Shown piece after piece: positions 10,955 through 21,167 of a stretch of 64,000 nt of DNA. This DNA comes from Candidatus Mediterraneibacter intestinipullorum (GTDB taxonomy: Bacteria > Bacillota > Clostridia > Lachnospirales > Lachnospiraceae), in the NCBI GenBank assembly GCA_019118665.1, contig DWYM01000083.1, positions 588 through 64,587 of the forward strand, read 5' to 3'. The notes beneath the pieces were generated by a model. The model did no database searches. It saw only the letters and a list, made by a program, of their open reading frames with translations, and was not told where the DNA came from. Position 1 is the first letter of the stretch. The number at the start of each line of letters is the position of its first letter. A program made the translations under genes and the position numbers.

Positions 10955-11755
10955 ATGCATTGCAGGTATCCAGTTTTTCTCTGTTTCCTGCTCATGGCCA
11001 TGGCTTATTTTGCGGGAAGCTTTCTAAAGCCTCTTGTTTCCGTGGGGACAGGGATGCCCGGATACGCATCTGCAGGGGAAATGAAAGAGATACCGGAATA
11101 TGCCGGGGAAAGTGGCCGGGAAGCCGCCGGGAAAACCATGCCGGAACAGGCGCTGATCAAAGATTTTGAGATTGTCCGGCAGATGCCGGAACTTCCTACG
11201 GGATGCGAGATCACTGCTCTGACTATGATGCTGGACTATTACGGCTGTCAGGCAGATAAGACCATCATGGCAGAAAAGTATCTGCCCACTGTCCCGGCAG
11301 AATTTTATGAAGGAGAGGACGGCAGGATATACGGTCCGGATATGGAGATGAATTTTGTGGGTGATCCGTTCTCAAGCGGATACATTTGCGGGACAGACGC
11401 CATCTTATCTGCCGCGGATGCATATCTGGCAGATCAGGGCAGCAGCCTCAGGGGAAAGGATCTGACCGGGGCAGAGCCGGAAGATCTGTACAAATGTGTG
11501 TCAGATGGGATACCGGTGCTCGTCTGGGCCACCATCGGGATGCGGGAGAGGGATGAGGTACATGGCTGGTATACAGAGGACGGAAAATGGATGAGCTGGA
11601 GCAGCAATGACCACGGCGCCGTCCTCATCGGATACGATGCGGATACCGTTACCATTGCTGACCCGCTCTCAGGGCTCCGCGTGTACGCCCGGAAGATGTT
11701 CGAGGGCGTATTTGCGTCCCGGGGATCCCGGTGTATCATCCTCATCCGTGTGTAG
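10955..11755 (+). CDS. Secreted C39-like peptidase
   Basis: Signal/TM; QMPELPTGCEITAL (Cys), NDHGAVLIGYD (His), IADPLSG. Confidence 0.85.
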   Translation: MHCRYPVFLCFLLMAMAYFAGSFLKPLVSVGTGMPGYASAGEMKEIPEYAGESGREAAGKTMPEQALIKDFEIVRQMPELPTGCEITALTMMLDYYGCQADKTIMAEKYLPTVPAEFYEGEDGRIYGPDMEMNFVGDPFSSGYICGTDAILSAADAYLADQGSSLRGKDLTGAEPEDLYKCVSDGIPVLVWATIGMRERDEVHGWYTEDGKWMSWSSNDHGAVLIGYDADTVTIADPLSGLRVYARKMFEGVFASRGSRCIILIRV

Positions 11756-11806
11756 TCCCACAAAGCCTGTACATTATGCGGCAGTAAAAAATCATACAAA
11801 AGGAAG

Positions 11807-11836
11807 GTTATAATCCCCCGCTCAGGAGCATAGGCT
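11807..11836 (+). promoter_or_regulatory. Candidate sigmaE-like promoter
   Basis: gttATA-16 nt-CATAggcT upstream of the LysM-GH18 gene. Confidence 0.45.
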
Positions 11837-11858
11837 TTCTGCACGGGGGTGACTTTTT

Positions 11859-12983
11859 TTGATCTATGTAGTGCAAAATGGAGATACGCTGGAAGGGATT
11901 TCCCGGGAGACCGGCGTACCTGTATGGAAGATCGTATATGACAACCAGCTTTCTGACAGGAATATCCTTGTTCCGGGTCAGGCGCTCCTGCTCCTTCCGC
12001 CAGGAGAAAGCGGAGCTCTTGCAGGAGGGAGGAGGGTGGGCGGATATGCCTATCCGCTTGTAGAGCCGGAGATACTGGGGCAGGCGTTTCCCGCGGTGAA
12101 AGAGCTGCTCATATTTTCTTACGGCTTTACTTTTGAAGGGAACCTTGTCCCGCCGCCTCAGGATGACCTGTGGATGATCGAGACGGCGTGGAACCGAGGG
12201 GCGGAGCCATTGATGGTGCTGACCCCATTTTCCGGCGGGGCGTTTAACAACCAGCTTGTAAAAGTGCTGGTGGAAAATCAAGAGATACAGGATAAACTCA
12301 TTGAACAGATGCTGGTGACTGTCAGCGATCGGGGATATGCGGGGGTGGACATTGATTTTGAATATATCCTGCCGGAGAACCGGGAGCAGTACGCGGAGTT
12401 TGTCGGAAAGACCCGGCAGAAAATGAATGAGAACGGATACCGGGTGTCTGTGGCAGTGGCCCCTAAGACGTCAGACGGACAGAAAGGCCTTCTTGTGGAA
12501 GGAGTTGATTATGCTCTTCTCGGGGAGAGTGCGGACGCTGTTTTTCTGATGACGTATGAATGGGGTTACACATACGGTCCTCCAATGGCAGTGGCCCCGC
12601 TTGACAAGGTCAGACAGGTGGTGGAATACGCGCTGACAAGGATCCCGGCGGAGAAGCTGATCATGGGGATCCCAAACTATGGCTATGACTGGCCTCTCCC
12701 ATATGAAAGGGGAATTACGAGAGCGCGCACCATAGGAAACGTGGAGGCAGTGGAGATCGCCGCGGATAACGGCGCGGTCATCGAGTACGCGCCGGTTGCC
12801 CAGAGCCCATGGTTTACCTATCGCCAGAGTGGGATGGAGCATGTGGTCTGGTTTGAGGATGTGAGGAGCATTGAGGCGAAATGGGGGCTGGTAAGGGAGT
12901 ACGGTCTTTCCGGGGCGTGGTACTGGAATCTGATGAGACCTTTCCGGGCGAACTGGCTGCTTCTGAGGGACAGCTCTCTGTGA
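11859..12983 (+). CDS. LysM plus GH18 spore cortex-lytic protein (YaaH/SleL/YdhD-like)
   Basis: N-terminal LysM YVVQNGDTL; GVDIDFEY; LMTYEWG; HVVWFEDVRS. Confidence 0.9.
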   Translation: MIYVVQNGDTLEGISRETGVPVWKIVYDNQLSDRNILVPGQALLLLPPGESGALAGGRRVGGYAYPLVEPEILGQAFPAVKELLIFSYGFTFEGNLVPPPQDDLWMIETAWNRGAEPLMVLTPFSGGAFNNQLVKVLVENQEIQDKLIEQMLVTVSDRGYAGVDIDFEYILPENREQYAEFVGKTRQKMNENGYRVSVAVAPKTSDGQKGLLVEGVDYALLGESADAVFLMTYEWGYTYGPPMAVAPLDKVRQVVEYALTRIPAEKLIMGIPNYGYDWPLPYERGITRARTIGNVEAVEIAADNGAVIEYAPVAQSPWFTYRQSGMEHVVWFEDVRSIEAKWGLVREYGLSGAWYWNLMRPFRANWLLLRDSSL

Positions 12984-13114
12984 CGTCACGGCCATTTGTT
13001 TATAAATTCATAAGATTTTGTTCATCAGACTTCAACATTTCTGTGATATGATAAAATACAATTGGAGCTGCCGCCATGGTGGTTTCCGGCGATCGATGAC
13101 AATGGGGCGTAAGG

Positions 13115-13843
13115 ATGAATTCATACAGAGGGAACAAAAGAAAAAGTAAAACGACAGGTAGAAGTCAGGCAGGAAGAGGCAGGGACAGAGGAAAAACAAC
13201 GTGGATCCGCGCAGTCCGCAGGAAACCGTATGTGGGGGCAGGCGCCCTCGCTCTTGTGATACTGACGGTGGCGCTGGGGATATATTCCTGCGCGTCGGGA
13301 AATAGATATTATGTGGATGTTGATGCCTCAGAGCCGGAGCTTGACGTCCAGCTACTTAATGTTAATCCATACTCCAGACCGGGAATCGAGAGTAATGGGA
13401 TCAACGGCATTGTGATACATTATACCGCCAATCCCGGCAGCACGGCGCAGGAGAACCGGGATTATTTTAACGGACTCCAATATTCGCAGGAGACGGAGGC
13501 AAGCAGTAATTTTATCGTCGGACTGGATGGAGAGATCATCCAGTGCGTACCTACATGGGAAGTCGCGTATGCGTCTAATGAGCGTAATTATGATACAGTA
13601 TCCATCGAAGTGTGCCATCCGGACGAGACAGGAAAGTTCGCGGATGAGACATACCGCTCCCTCGTACAGCTTACGGCGTGGCTGTGCGTGAAATTTTCTC
13701 TCACAGAGGAGGATGTGATCCGTCACTATGACGTGACAGGAAAGATCTGCCCGAAATATTTCGTGGAACATGAGGACGCGTGGGATGACTTCAGGGAAAA
13801 TGTCAGGACCGCGGTCCAAAAGACACAGGAGCAGGGAGAATGA
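13115..13843 (+). CDS. N-acetylmuramoyl-L-alanine amidase (Amidase_2), membrane anchored
   Basis: IVIHYTANPG, SIEVCH, IRHYDVTGKICP; one TM. Confidence 0.9.
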   Translation: MNSYRGNKRKSKTTGRSQAGRGRDRGKTTWIRAVRRKPYVGAGALALVILTVALGIYSCASGNRYYVDVDASEPELDVQLLNVNPYSRPGIESNGINGIVIHYTANPGSTAQENRDYFNGLQYSQETEASSNFIVGLDGEIIQCVPTWEVAYASNERNYDTVSIEVCHPDETGKFADETYRSLVQLTAWLCVKFSLTEEDVIRHYDVTGKICPKYFVEHEDAWDDFRENVRTAVQKTQEQGE

Positions 13844-14026
13844 AGGAGAAAATGGCACTTCACACATTGGCGTGGAGTGTCTTTGTTTATTGAGCATTTA
13901 TTTGGGGCTATGTTATTGCTATCCCCCTGAAAACTTGCTATAATGTGGAAGTTAAGTCTGCAGACGCGAAGGCAGCGCGAAAAAGGAGCTGCCGCACATG
14001 CAAAGCAGAAGAAACGGAGGGTAAAG

Positions 14027-14812
14027 ATGAACGATCTGGAAATGTACCGCGAGCAGCTTGCGCTTTGTGATGATAAGATCATTGACGCGCTTGCAGAGAG
14101 AAATGCCATCATCGAGAAGATCATGGCTTATAAAGAGACATATGGCATGCCGATCCTGCAGCCGGCACAGGAGGAGAAGCAGCAGAGGAGGCTTGATGAG
14201 AAGCTCAAAGACAACAAGTACCAGGAGGAGATCCAGGACGTATTTAAGCGGATCTTAAGGAACAGTAAACGTATACAGGCGAGAAAGCTCTTCTCTTATA
14301 ATATCGTGCTCATCGGATTTATGGGGGCTGGTAAGACCACGATCTCGGACTACCTGAGCACCATGTTTGACATGAGGCTGGTGGAGATGGATCAGGAGAT
14401 CTGCGAGCGGGAGGAGATGAGCATCCCGGATATTTTTGCTACATATGGAGAAGAATATTTCAGGAATCTTGAGACAAAGCTTTTAATAGAGCTCCAAACA
14501 GGGAAGAACTGTATCATATCCTGCGGAGGCGGAGTGGCGCTCCGCGAAGAAAATGTAAAAGAGATGAAGAAGAACGGAAGGGTCGTACTCCTTACCGCTA
14601 GTCCGCATACGATCTATGAGAGGGTCAAGGACAGCAACGACAGGCCGCTCCTCCACGGAAACAATAACGTGGAGTTTATTGCGGATCTGATGGAGAAGCG
14701 CAGGGAGAAATATGAGGCTGCCGCTGACGTTGTCATTCAGACAGACGGCAAGACAGTCCTGCAGATTTCAGAGGAGCTGATCTCGAAGCTGACGGAGATG
14801 GACAATGTTTGA
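14027..14812 (+). CDS. aroK: Chorismate mutase (AroQ)-shikimate kinase fusion
   Basis: N-terminal REQLALCDDKIIDALAER; C-terminal LIGFMGAGKTT, GEEYFRNLE, SCGGG, RPLL. Confidence 0.9.
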   Translation: MNDLEMYREQLALCDDKIIDALAERNAIIEKIMAYKETYGMPILQPAQEEKQQRRLDEKLKDNKYQEEIQDVFKRILRNSKRIQARKLFSYNIVLIGFMGAGKTTISDYLSTMFDMRLVEMDQEICEREEMSIPDIFATYGEEYFRNLETKLLIELQTGKNCIISCGGGVALREENVKEMKKNGRVVLLTASPHTIYERVKDSNDRPLLHGNNNVEFIADLMEKRREKYEAAADVVIQTDGKTVLQISEELISKLTEMDNV

Positions 14813-15314
14813 AAAATTTTTCCCGGATGAGTATGTGGCGTCCACATATGTCATCCCATTTGAAAAGCTGTATGAAGAAGGTTACAGGGGTGTTGTTTTT
14901 GATATTGACAATACGTTAGTGCCCCATGGGGCTCCTGCGGACGACAGGGCGAAAAAGCTGTTTAAACGGCTTGAGGATATCGGATTTTCATCCTGCCTTA
15001 TCTCCAATAATCAGGAGGCGAGGGTGAAAATGTTTAACCGGGATATCGGGACGGACTATATCTGTAATGCCCACAAGCCTTCGACAAAAAATTATATCCG
15101 TGCTATGGAGATCATGGGGACGGACCGGACGAACACGATCTTTGTGGGAGACCAGCTTTTTACGGATGTATGGGGCGCGAAAAGGGCCGGCATACGCAAT
15201 ATTCTCGTCAGACCCATCCACTCGAAAGAAGAGATACAGATCGTCCTCAAGAGATATCTGGAGAAGGTTGTACTCCATTTCTATAAAAAAACATTGAAAA
15301 ATAGCAAAAATTAG
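14805..15314 (+). CDS. yqeG: YqeG family HAD IIIA phosphatase
   Basis: FDIDNTLV, AHKP, VGDQLFTDVWGAKRAG. Confidence 0.92.
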   Translation: MFEKFFPDEYVASTYVIPFEKLYEEGYRGVVFDIDNTLVPHGAPADDRAKKLFKRLEDIGFSSCLISNNQEARVKMFNRDIGTDYICNAHKPSTKNYIRAMEIMGTDRTNTIFVGDQLFTDVWGAKRAGIRNILVRPIHSKEEIQIVLKRYLEKVVLHFYKKTLKNSKN

Positions 15315-15370
15315 TATAGAATCTAAAGATAGAGCGTCTGCTCAGATGCACGATTGAAGGAGGAAGACAA

Positions 15371-15928
15371 ATGGTCGCAGCAGGAGATTTTAAGAACGGC
15401 ATTACCGTAGAAATTGATGGGAACATCTATCAGATTTTGGAATTCCAGCATGTGAAACCCGGAAAAGGGGCAGCTTTCGTCAGGACGAAGTTAAAAAACA
15501 TCATCAGCGGAGGCGTGGTTGAGAAGACTTTCCGTCCGACGGAGAAATTTGAGAACGCGCATATCGACAGAAAAGAGATGCAGTATCTCTATCAGGACGG
15601 CGATCTGTACAATTTCATGGACGTGGAGACTTATGATCAGATCGCGTTGAATTCAGACGTAGTAGGCGACGCGCTGAAGTTTGTGAAAGAGAATGAGACA
15701 GTTAAGATCTGTTCTCACAAGGGAAATGTATTTTCTGTTGAGCCGCCGCTCTTTGTTGAACTGGCGATCACGGAGACAGAGCCGGGCTTCAAGGGAGATA
15801 CAGCGCAGGGCGCTACAAAACCCGCTACTGTTGAGACAGGAGCGACAGTTATGGTACCGTTGTTCTGTGAGACTGGCGATGTGCTGAAGATCGATACTCG
15901 CACAGGGGAGTATCTGTCAAGAGTATAA
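15371..15928 (+). CDS. efp: Elongation factor P
   Basis: [31 protein letters not shown]. Confidence 0.98.
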   Translation: MVAAGDFKNGITVEIDGNIYQILEFQHVKPGKGAAFVRTKLKNIISGGVVEKTFRPTEKFENAHIDRKEMQYLYQDGDLYNFMDVETYDQIALNSDVVGDALKFVKENETVKICSHKGNVFSVEPPLFVELAITETEPGFKGDTAQGATKPATVETGATVMVPLFCETGDVLKIDTRTGEYLSRV

Positions 15929-15994
15929 GACTGGTATGAGGCTGATATCGTAAGAAAAATGCCTGAATAAAAAAGTATACAAAAAATTGTGCTC

Positions 15995-16029
15995 AAAGGA
16001 TGTGCCGTTTTGTGCGGTACATCCTTTTT
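15995..16029 (+). terminator. Intrinsic terminator after efp
   Basis: AAAGGATGTGCCG/CGGTACATCCTTT stem followed by T run. Confidence 0.8.
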
Positions 16030-16238
16030 CTGTGAAAAAGGAAAGATACAAGAGGGAAAACTGTAAGAAGTTACAGCAGCTTATTTTGTAAAAACTGTCT
16101 CATTGCTTTTTATATGAACCTCGTCTATAATCAAGAGCACATAATATAATTCAGATCAATTTATCAAATTCACACGGTATATTTCATACCGGATTCCTCA
16201 TTTAATTTAAGATGGTCCGCGTTTAAGGAAGGAGAAAA

Positions 16239-17192
16239 ATGGATTACAGAGAATTTACAGACGCGGTAAAGAGACAGATGAATCAGAGGATGGAAGGAGG
16301 TGTTCAGGCAAGCCTTTATACGGCAGTAAAAAATAACGGAAAAGAACGCATGGGGGTACTGCTCGAAACTCCCGGGATCAATATTTCTCCGACGATCTAT
16401 CTGGAAGAGTATTACGAAAGTTACTTAAAGGGCAGACCCCTTGGGAAGATCGTGGATGAGATCATAGATTTTTATAACAGCATCAAACAGGAAGAATCAT
16501 GGGACTGCGAAAGATTTCAGAGTTATGAAGGCGTCAGGGACAGGGTCGTTTTCAAGCTGGTCAATACGGCGAAGAACAGAAAATTTCTAAGTTCGGTGCC
16601 CCATCGTTCATTTCTGGATCTCTCGGTCGTGTTCTATGTGCTTCTGGAGGCGACTGATGACGGCACGGCAGCTCTGGCGGTATCAGACAGTCACGCGGAA
16701 CAATGGGAGGTCTGCGGGGACACTCTTTGGGCGGATGCCATGCGGAATGCGAAAAGACTGCTTCCGGCAGAGTTTGTCACAATGGATCATGCGCTGAAGG
16801 AAATGCTGGGGGAAAATACAGGAGGTGCGGACAGAGAAGAATCGGGGAACCTTCTTCTAGGGAACGTGCCGGAGAGAGATGGGATGTATATCCTCTCCAA
16901 CAGTCTGAAAAGCTACGGCGCAGCATGCATCGCTTATCCCCATATCCTGGAGATGATCGGAGAAATCCTCCAAACGGATTACTATATCCTTCCAAGCAGT
17001 GTCCATGAGGTTATCATTGTTCCCTTTTCTCCCGGTCTTGACAGCATAGAGCTGGATGAGATGGTGAGGGAGATCAATGTGACTCAGGTAGCGGAGGAAG
17101 AAGTTCTGAGCAGTCATGTTTATTTGTTTAAGAGGGACACAGGGACGCTTTGCAATGGCAACGCGCAGCAGACGGGGAGGGCGATGGGATGA
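16239..17192 (+). CDS. DUF5688 family protein
   Basis: KNNG, ISPTIYLEEYY, KLVN, FLDL, YILPSSVHEVII, LSSHVY; TTGCTT-17-TATAAT promoter upstream. Confidence 0.8.
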   Translation: MDYREFTDAVKRQMNQRMEGGVQASLYTAVKNNGKERMGVLLETPGINISPTIYLEEYYESYLKGRPLGKIVDEIIDFYNSIKQEESWDCERFQSYEGVRDRVVFKLVNTAKNRKFLSSVPHRSFLDLSVVFYVLLEATDDGTAALAVSDSHAEQWEVCGDTLWADAMRNAKRLLPAEFVTMDHALKEMLGENTGGADREESGNLLLGNVPERDGMYILSNSLKSYGAACIAYPHILEMIGEILQTDYYILPSSVHEVIIVPFSPGLDSIELDEMVREINVTQVAEEEVLSSHVYLFKRDTGTLCNGNAQQTGRAMG

Positions 17193-20100
17193 AGCATCTG
17201 TCAGGATGGAGAGTATTGATTGTTATTGTGTTTGCTTTGTTCCTGAGTCTGTGGGCTGAGAGTATGTATTCAGTAAACGCTGCCGCGGATGAGGCGGTGA
17301 AACTTACTGTGGGCAGGAAGGTCTATTATGGGACATACAGTACGAATTATTTTGATGTGGACGGAAAGACGGCATATTGTCTGGAACCTTTGGAGGATAC
17401 ACCGTCCTCCGGGCATTATAAGATCCAATCGCTGGATAACGGCGCTGTGAGAAAAGGACTTTATTATGTCTATGGGGGACCGGGATATGCCCTGTATCAG
17501 GAACGGTTCGGCGGCATTGGGCTCAGAGGTGGATCCAGCCGGGATGACGAATACTGTATGAGCCATTGTATCCTGTCCTATCTGTATTCGGGAAATGATT
17601 CTGCGTTTACCGGCCTGGACAGCAGCTCCATATCTGTTTTAAAAGAAAGAGCAGGACAGATCGTCAGTCTGCCGGATCCGCCGGAAGCTTTTCATGCGTT
17701 CCTGTTCAATTTGGATGGAAGCGGCCAGGTGATGGGAGGCAGCGGACGAGACAGAACAGGGGAGATTGAGATCTGGAAGCGCTCAGATCAGCCGGAGTGG
17801 ACAGAGGGGAATCCCTGCTATTCTCTGGAAGGCGCGGTGTTTGGGATATACAGACCGGGAGAGGAGGCGCCTGCATGGACTGTGACGACCGATGAAAAGG
17901 GTTATGGCAAACTGTCAGATATCCCCATCGGCTCATATGAGATCGAGGAAATTGAAAGTCCTCCGGGGTTCGCCCTGAGTGGCCGGCGGCAACAGATCCA
18001 GGTTGAGGAAGGCGCGGTATTCCGGTACGAGTGTGTGAACAGGGCACAGTATTATCCGGTCGGGATCCTGCTGAATAAAGTTGATGCCGAAACCGGGGAA
18101 AAGAAGCCCCGGGGAGCCGCATCACTTGAAGGAGCAGAATTTGAGGTGAAATATTATGCCGGATATTACGATTCAGATCCCGGGGCTATGGACATCCTCC
18201 CGGAGCGGACATGGACATTCCGGACAAATGCGGCGGGAGAACTTGAGTTTTCAGATGTGTACAAGATAAGCGGCGATGAATTTTATATAAATGGTGCGGG
18301 AGAGAATGTGCTGCCTCTCGGGACGGTCACTTTCCGGGAAGTGAAAGCCCCTGCGGGATATCTGGTGAATGGGGCTGTTTTCACAGAAAAAATCTGCCCG
18401 GACGGAACAAAAGAGACGGATACAGTGTATCATGTACCGGATATTCCGGAACAGGTGATCCGGGGAGACCTTCAGATCGTGAAATTCAGGGAAGATGAAG
18501 ACGAGAATGCGGATCAGAAAACTCCCCTGGAGGGGATCATCTTCACTGTTACCTCAAAGACTACAGGAGAGCAGACAGAGATCGTGACAGATGTAAACGG
18601 ATACGCCGCGACCGGTAAGACAGAGGACGGAAGGGGAGGACTGGTATATGACACATATGTGGTAAGTGAGAAAAATGCACCGGCCGGCCTGCTGCCTGTA
18701 AATGATTTTGAAGTTACCATTTCTGAAGAAGGACAGACACTTTACTATATCCTTGAAGACAAGCGGATATTTTCCCCGGTCCGTCTCGTAAAAAAAGATG
18801 CAGACAGCGGTGAGGTGATACCGATCCAGGGCGCAGAGTTCCAGCTTCTGGATAAGGATAAGAATCCCATCATCATGACAGTGCATTATCCTCAGGAAAC
18901 AGTGTACAGCACATTTCAGACAGATGAGAGCGGAAGTTTTGTCCTGCCTGACAGACTTCCTGCGGGAGTTTATTATTTTCAGGAAAAGCAGGCTCCGGAA
19001 GGATATATCCTCAGCAAAGAAGCGGTCAGGTTTGAGATTACAGAAGCCCATGAGTGGGGGGATCCTTTTGTGGTGGAGTTTACGGATAAACCCGCGATGG
19101 GGCGTATCTGTATCAGAAAAACAGACGAAGAGACAGGGGAGGGGATTTCCGGAGCCAGGTTTGAGATATGGGCAAAGGAGGATATACTGACGCCGTCAGG
19201 GACGGTCCGTATGAAAAAGGGAACTCCGGCAGGACTGATGGTGACCGGGGATGACGGCACGGCCGTGTCCGGCAGCCTGTACCTGGGGAAGTATGAGGTG
19301 CGGGAGGTTGAACAATCTCCGGGATATGTACTTTCAGATGAGGTTTATGAAGCCGAATTGAAGTACGAGGGTCAGGAGAGTGAAATCGTAACAGACAATA
19401 TAGAATTTACGAACAAGCCTACAACAGTGATCCTCTGGAAGACAGAGGCAGGCTCGGATGCTGCCGGCAGTACAAAAGAGACAAAGGAGGGGCTGGAAGG
19501 GGTAAAATTTACTGTCTGGAAGAAACCGGCGGCTGAGGATGAAGGCGAACAGAAGGTAAAGGATCATGCGGAGGATAGAGGTGAACAGGAGACAAAGGAT
19601 TACACGGAGGAGCATGTAACAGATAAAGAAGGGCGGATCGTACTCAAATATCTGACGCCGGGAACCTACTGTGTCCGGGAGACAGAGAGCATCCCCGGAT
19701 ACCTCAGGGATGATGCAGTCTGGGAATTTACCGTTGACAAGACCGGCAAAATTGAGGGGAATGCATGCATGGAATACAAAATTGAAAATGAAAAAACACA
19801 GATCAATGATACGCTGGCTTTCTGGAAAGAGAGCGGAAATAAAGAAATCTATGCCGGAGAAGACAATGTGATCGTAGATTCCGTAAGTCTGCGGAATCTG
19901 GAAGCAGAACAGGAATATACGCTGAAAGGCATGCTGGCAGACCCGGAAACAGGGAAAATGTTGAACCCGGATGGGACATACGCGGAAGATGGGAAACCGG
20001 TAGAAGTAGAGAAGACATTTACCGCAGAAGCCTCATCACAGGAGGTCAGAGTGGAATTCAAGCTGGACTCTGCCCGGTTTGAGGATAGAAAGATCGTAGT

Positions 20101-20362
20101 ATTAGAGTCTCTTTATATGGGGGATATCCTGATTTTTTCTCATGGGGATCTTGATGACGAGGGACAGACAGTGACAGTAGTGAAACGACCAGACAAAGCT
20201 GTAGATACAGGAGATCCCATGGAAAATGCAAAGATGTTCGTTTCTGTATTGGTGGCTATGCTGGCGTCTGGGATATACTTTTTCATGAGTTTCGGAAAAC
20301 TGGGCATGAGAAGAAAAATCAGGAAGAACCAATCGTATGTCAGTGACAAAAATGTCTCATAA
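17189..20362 (+). CDS. Sortase-anchored adhesin: thioester domain, SpaA/CnaB repeats, VaFE (T-Q ester) domain
   Basis: Signal peptide; AYCLEP...GQVMG; repeated K.D...L.GA.F and E..AP.GY modules; HGDLDDEGQTV; VDTGD plus TM plus RRKIRK. Confidence 0.85.
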   Translation: MKHLSGWRVLIVIVFALFLSLWAESMYSVNAAADEAVKLTVGRKVYYGTYSTNYFDVDGKTAYCLEPLEDTPSSGHYKIQSLDNGAVRKGLYYVYGGPGYALYQERFGGIGLRGGSSRDDEYCMSHCILSYLYSGNDSAFTGLDSSSISVLKERAGQIVSLPDPPEAFHAFLFNLDGSGQVMGGSGRDRTGEIEIWKRSDQPEWTEGNPCYSLEGAVFGIYRPGEEAPAWTVTTDEKGYGKLSDIPIGSYEIEEIESPPGFALSGRRQQIQVEEGAVFRYECVNRAQYYPVGILLNKVDAETGEKKPRGAASLEGAEFEVKYYAGYYDSDPGAMDILPERTWTFRTNAAGELEFSDVYKISGDEFYINGAGENVLPLGTVTFREVKAPAGYLVNGAVFTEKICPDGTKETDTVYHVPDIPEQVIRGDLQIVKFREDEDENADQKTPLEGIIFTVTSKTTGEQTEIVTDVNGYAATGKTEDGRGGLVYDTYVVSEKNAPAGLLPVNDFEVTISEEGQTLYYILEDKRIFSPVRLVKKDADSGEVIPIQGAEFQLLDKDKNPIIMTVHYPQETVYSTFQTDESGSFVLPDRLPAGVYYFQEKQAPEGYILSKEAVRFEITEAHEWGDPFVVEFTDKPAMGRICIRKTDEETGEGISGARFEIWAKEDILTPSGTVRMKKGTPAGLMVTGDDGTAVSGSLYLGKYEVREVEQSPGYVLSDEVYEAELKYEGQESEIVTDNIEFTNKPTTVILWKTEAGSDAAGSTKETKEGLEGVKFTVWKKPAAEDEGEQKVKDHAEDRGEQETKDYTEEHVTDKEGRIVLKYLTPGTYCVRETESIPGYLRDDAVWEFTVDKTGKIEGNACMEYKIENEKTQINDTLAFWKESGNKEIYAGEDNVIVDSVSLRNLEAEQEYTLKGMLADPETGKMLNPDGTYAEDGKPVEVEKTFTAEASSQEVRVEFKLDSARFEDRKIVVLESLYMGDILIFSHGDLDDEGQTVTVVKRPDKAVDTGDPMENAKMFVSVLVAMLASGIYFFMSFGKLGMRRKIRKNQSYVSDKNVS

Positions 20363-20470
20363 ACAGCACAAATATATTGTGGGAAATGACAATAGACACA
20401 GGCTAAGATGCGTGCTAAAGTAGGTATACGCAGAAGGAAAGGTCAGATATAAATGTAAGGGGGTGATGTG

Positions 20471-21088
20471 GTGATAGACAAAGAAATGCTGGCTGCGATC
20501 GGAGGAATGCTTGACGAAAAGCTGAAACCGATAGAACAGCAATTTGAAGTGCTGGATCAGCGCCTGGATGCTATAGAACGTCATCTTGAAGTGGTAGATC
20601 AGAGATTAGATGGTATGGAACGTCATCTTGAAGTGGTGGATTAGCGCCTGGATACTATAGAACAGCATCTTGAGGTGGTAGATCAGCGATTAGATGGTGT
20701 GGAACGTCATCTTGAAGTGGTGGATCAGCGCCTGGATGCTATAGAACAGCATCTTGAGGTGGTAGATCAGCGGTTAGAAGTAGTGGATCGCAAATTTGAA
20801 GCGATCGATCAGAGGTTTGAAGCGATTGACCAAAAGCTTGAAGCGATCGACCAGAGATTTGAAGCGATACATCAGAACCTTCGGGTTGTTGAAAATTCTG
20901 TGCTTGAGCAGGTCGATCATGTACAGGAAATTATGGAAAAGAGAATCGACAAAGTCGTATTCAATATGGATGAGATGAAACAGTATTATCGTATTAAGAA
21001 ACTAGAAGATGAAAATTCAACATTGATCCTGCAGATCGTAATTGAGCTAAAGAAAGAGGTTGATGTATTAAAACAAAAGATTGCGTAG
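20471..21088 (+). pseudogene. Heptad-repeat coiled-coil protein interrupted by in-frame TAG at 20642-20644
   Basis: GTG 20471 with AAGGGGGTG RBS is in frame with ORF 20675-21088; a single TAG stands where the other repeat units have CAG. Confidence 0.75.
20531..20875 (+). repeat. Degenerate tandem repeat, 21-bp unit with 42/84-bp higher-order period
   Basis: Recurrent CATCTTGARGTGGTRGATCAGCG and TTGAAGCGATCGAYCAG units encoding (LEVVDQR/LDAIEQH)n then (FEAIDQR)n. Confidence 0.9.
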
Positions 21089-21167
21089 GTATTTGTTTTC
21101 GGTTCTTGTGGAGCGGTGAAAACGGTGATAAAATGCTTTACTTTTGAACTGATTTGTGCTAGGATAA

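Noticed and set aside
20642-20644. Pyrrolysine-type recoding of the TAG
   Set aside because: The position is Gln in sister repeats, the protein is non-enzymatic, and no pyl genes are in the window.
20531-20875. CRISPR-like appearance of the recurring repeats
   Set aside because: Units are contiguous multiples of 21 bp, keep the reading frame, have no unique spacers, and no cas genes are nearby.
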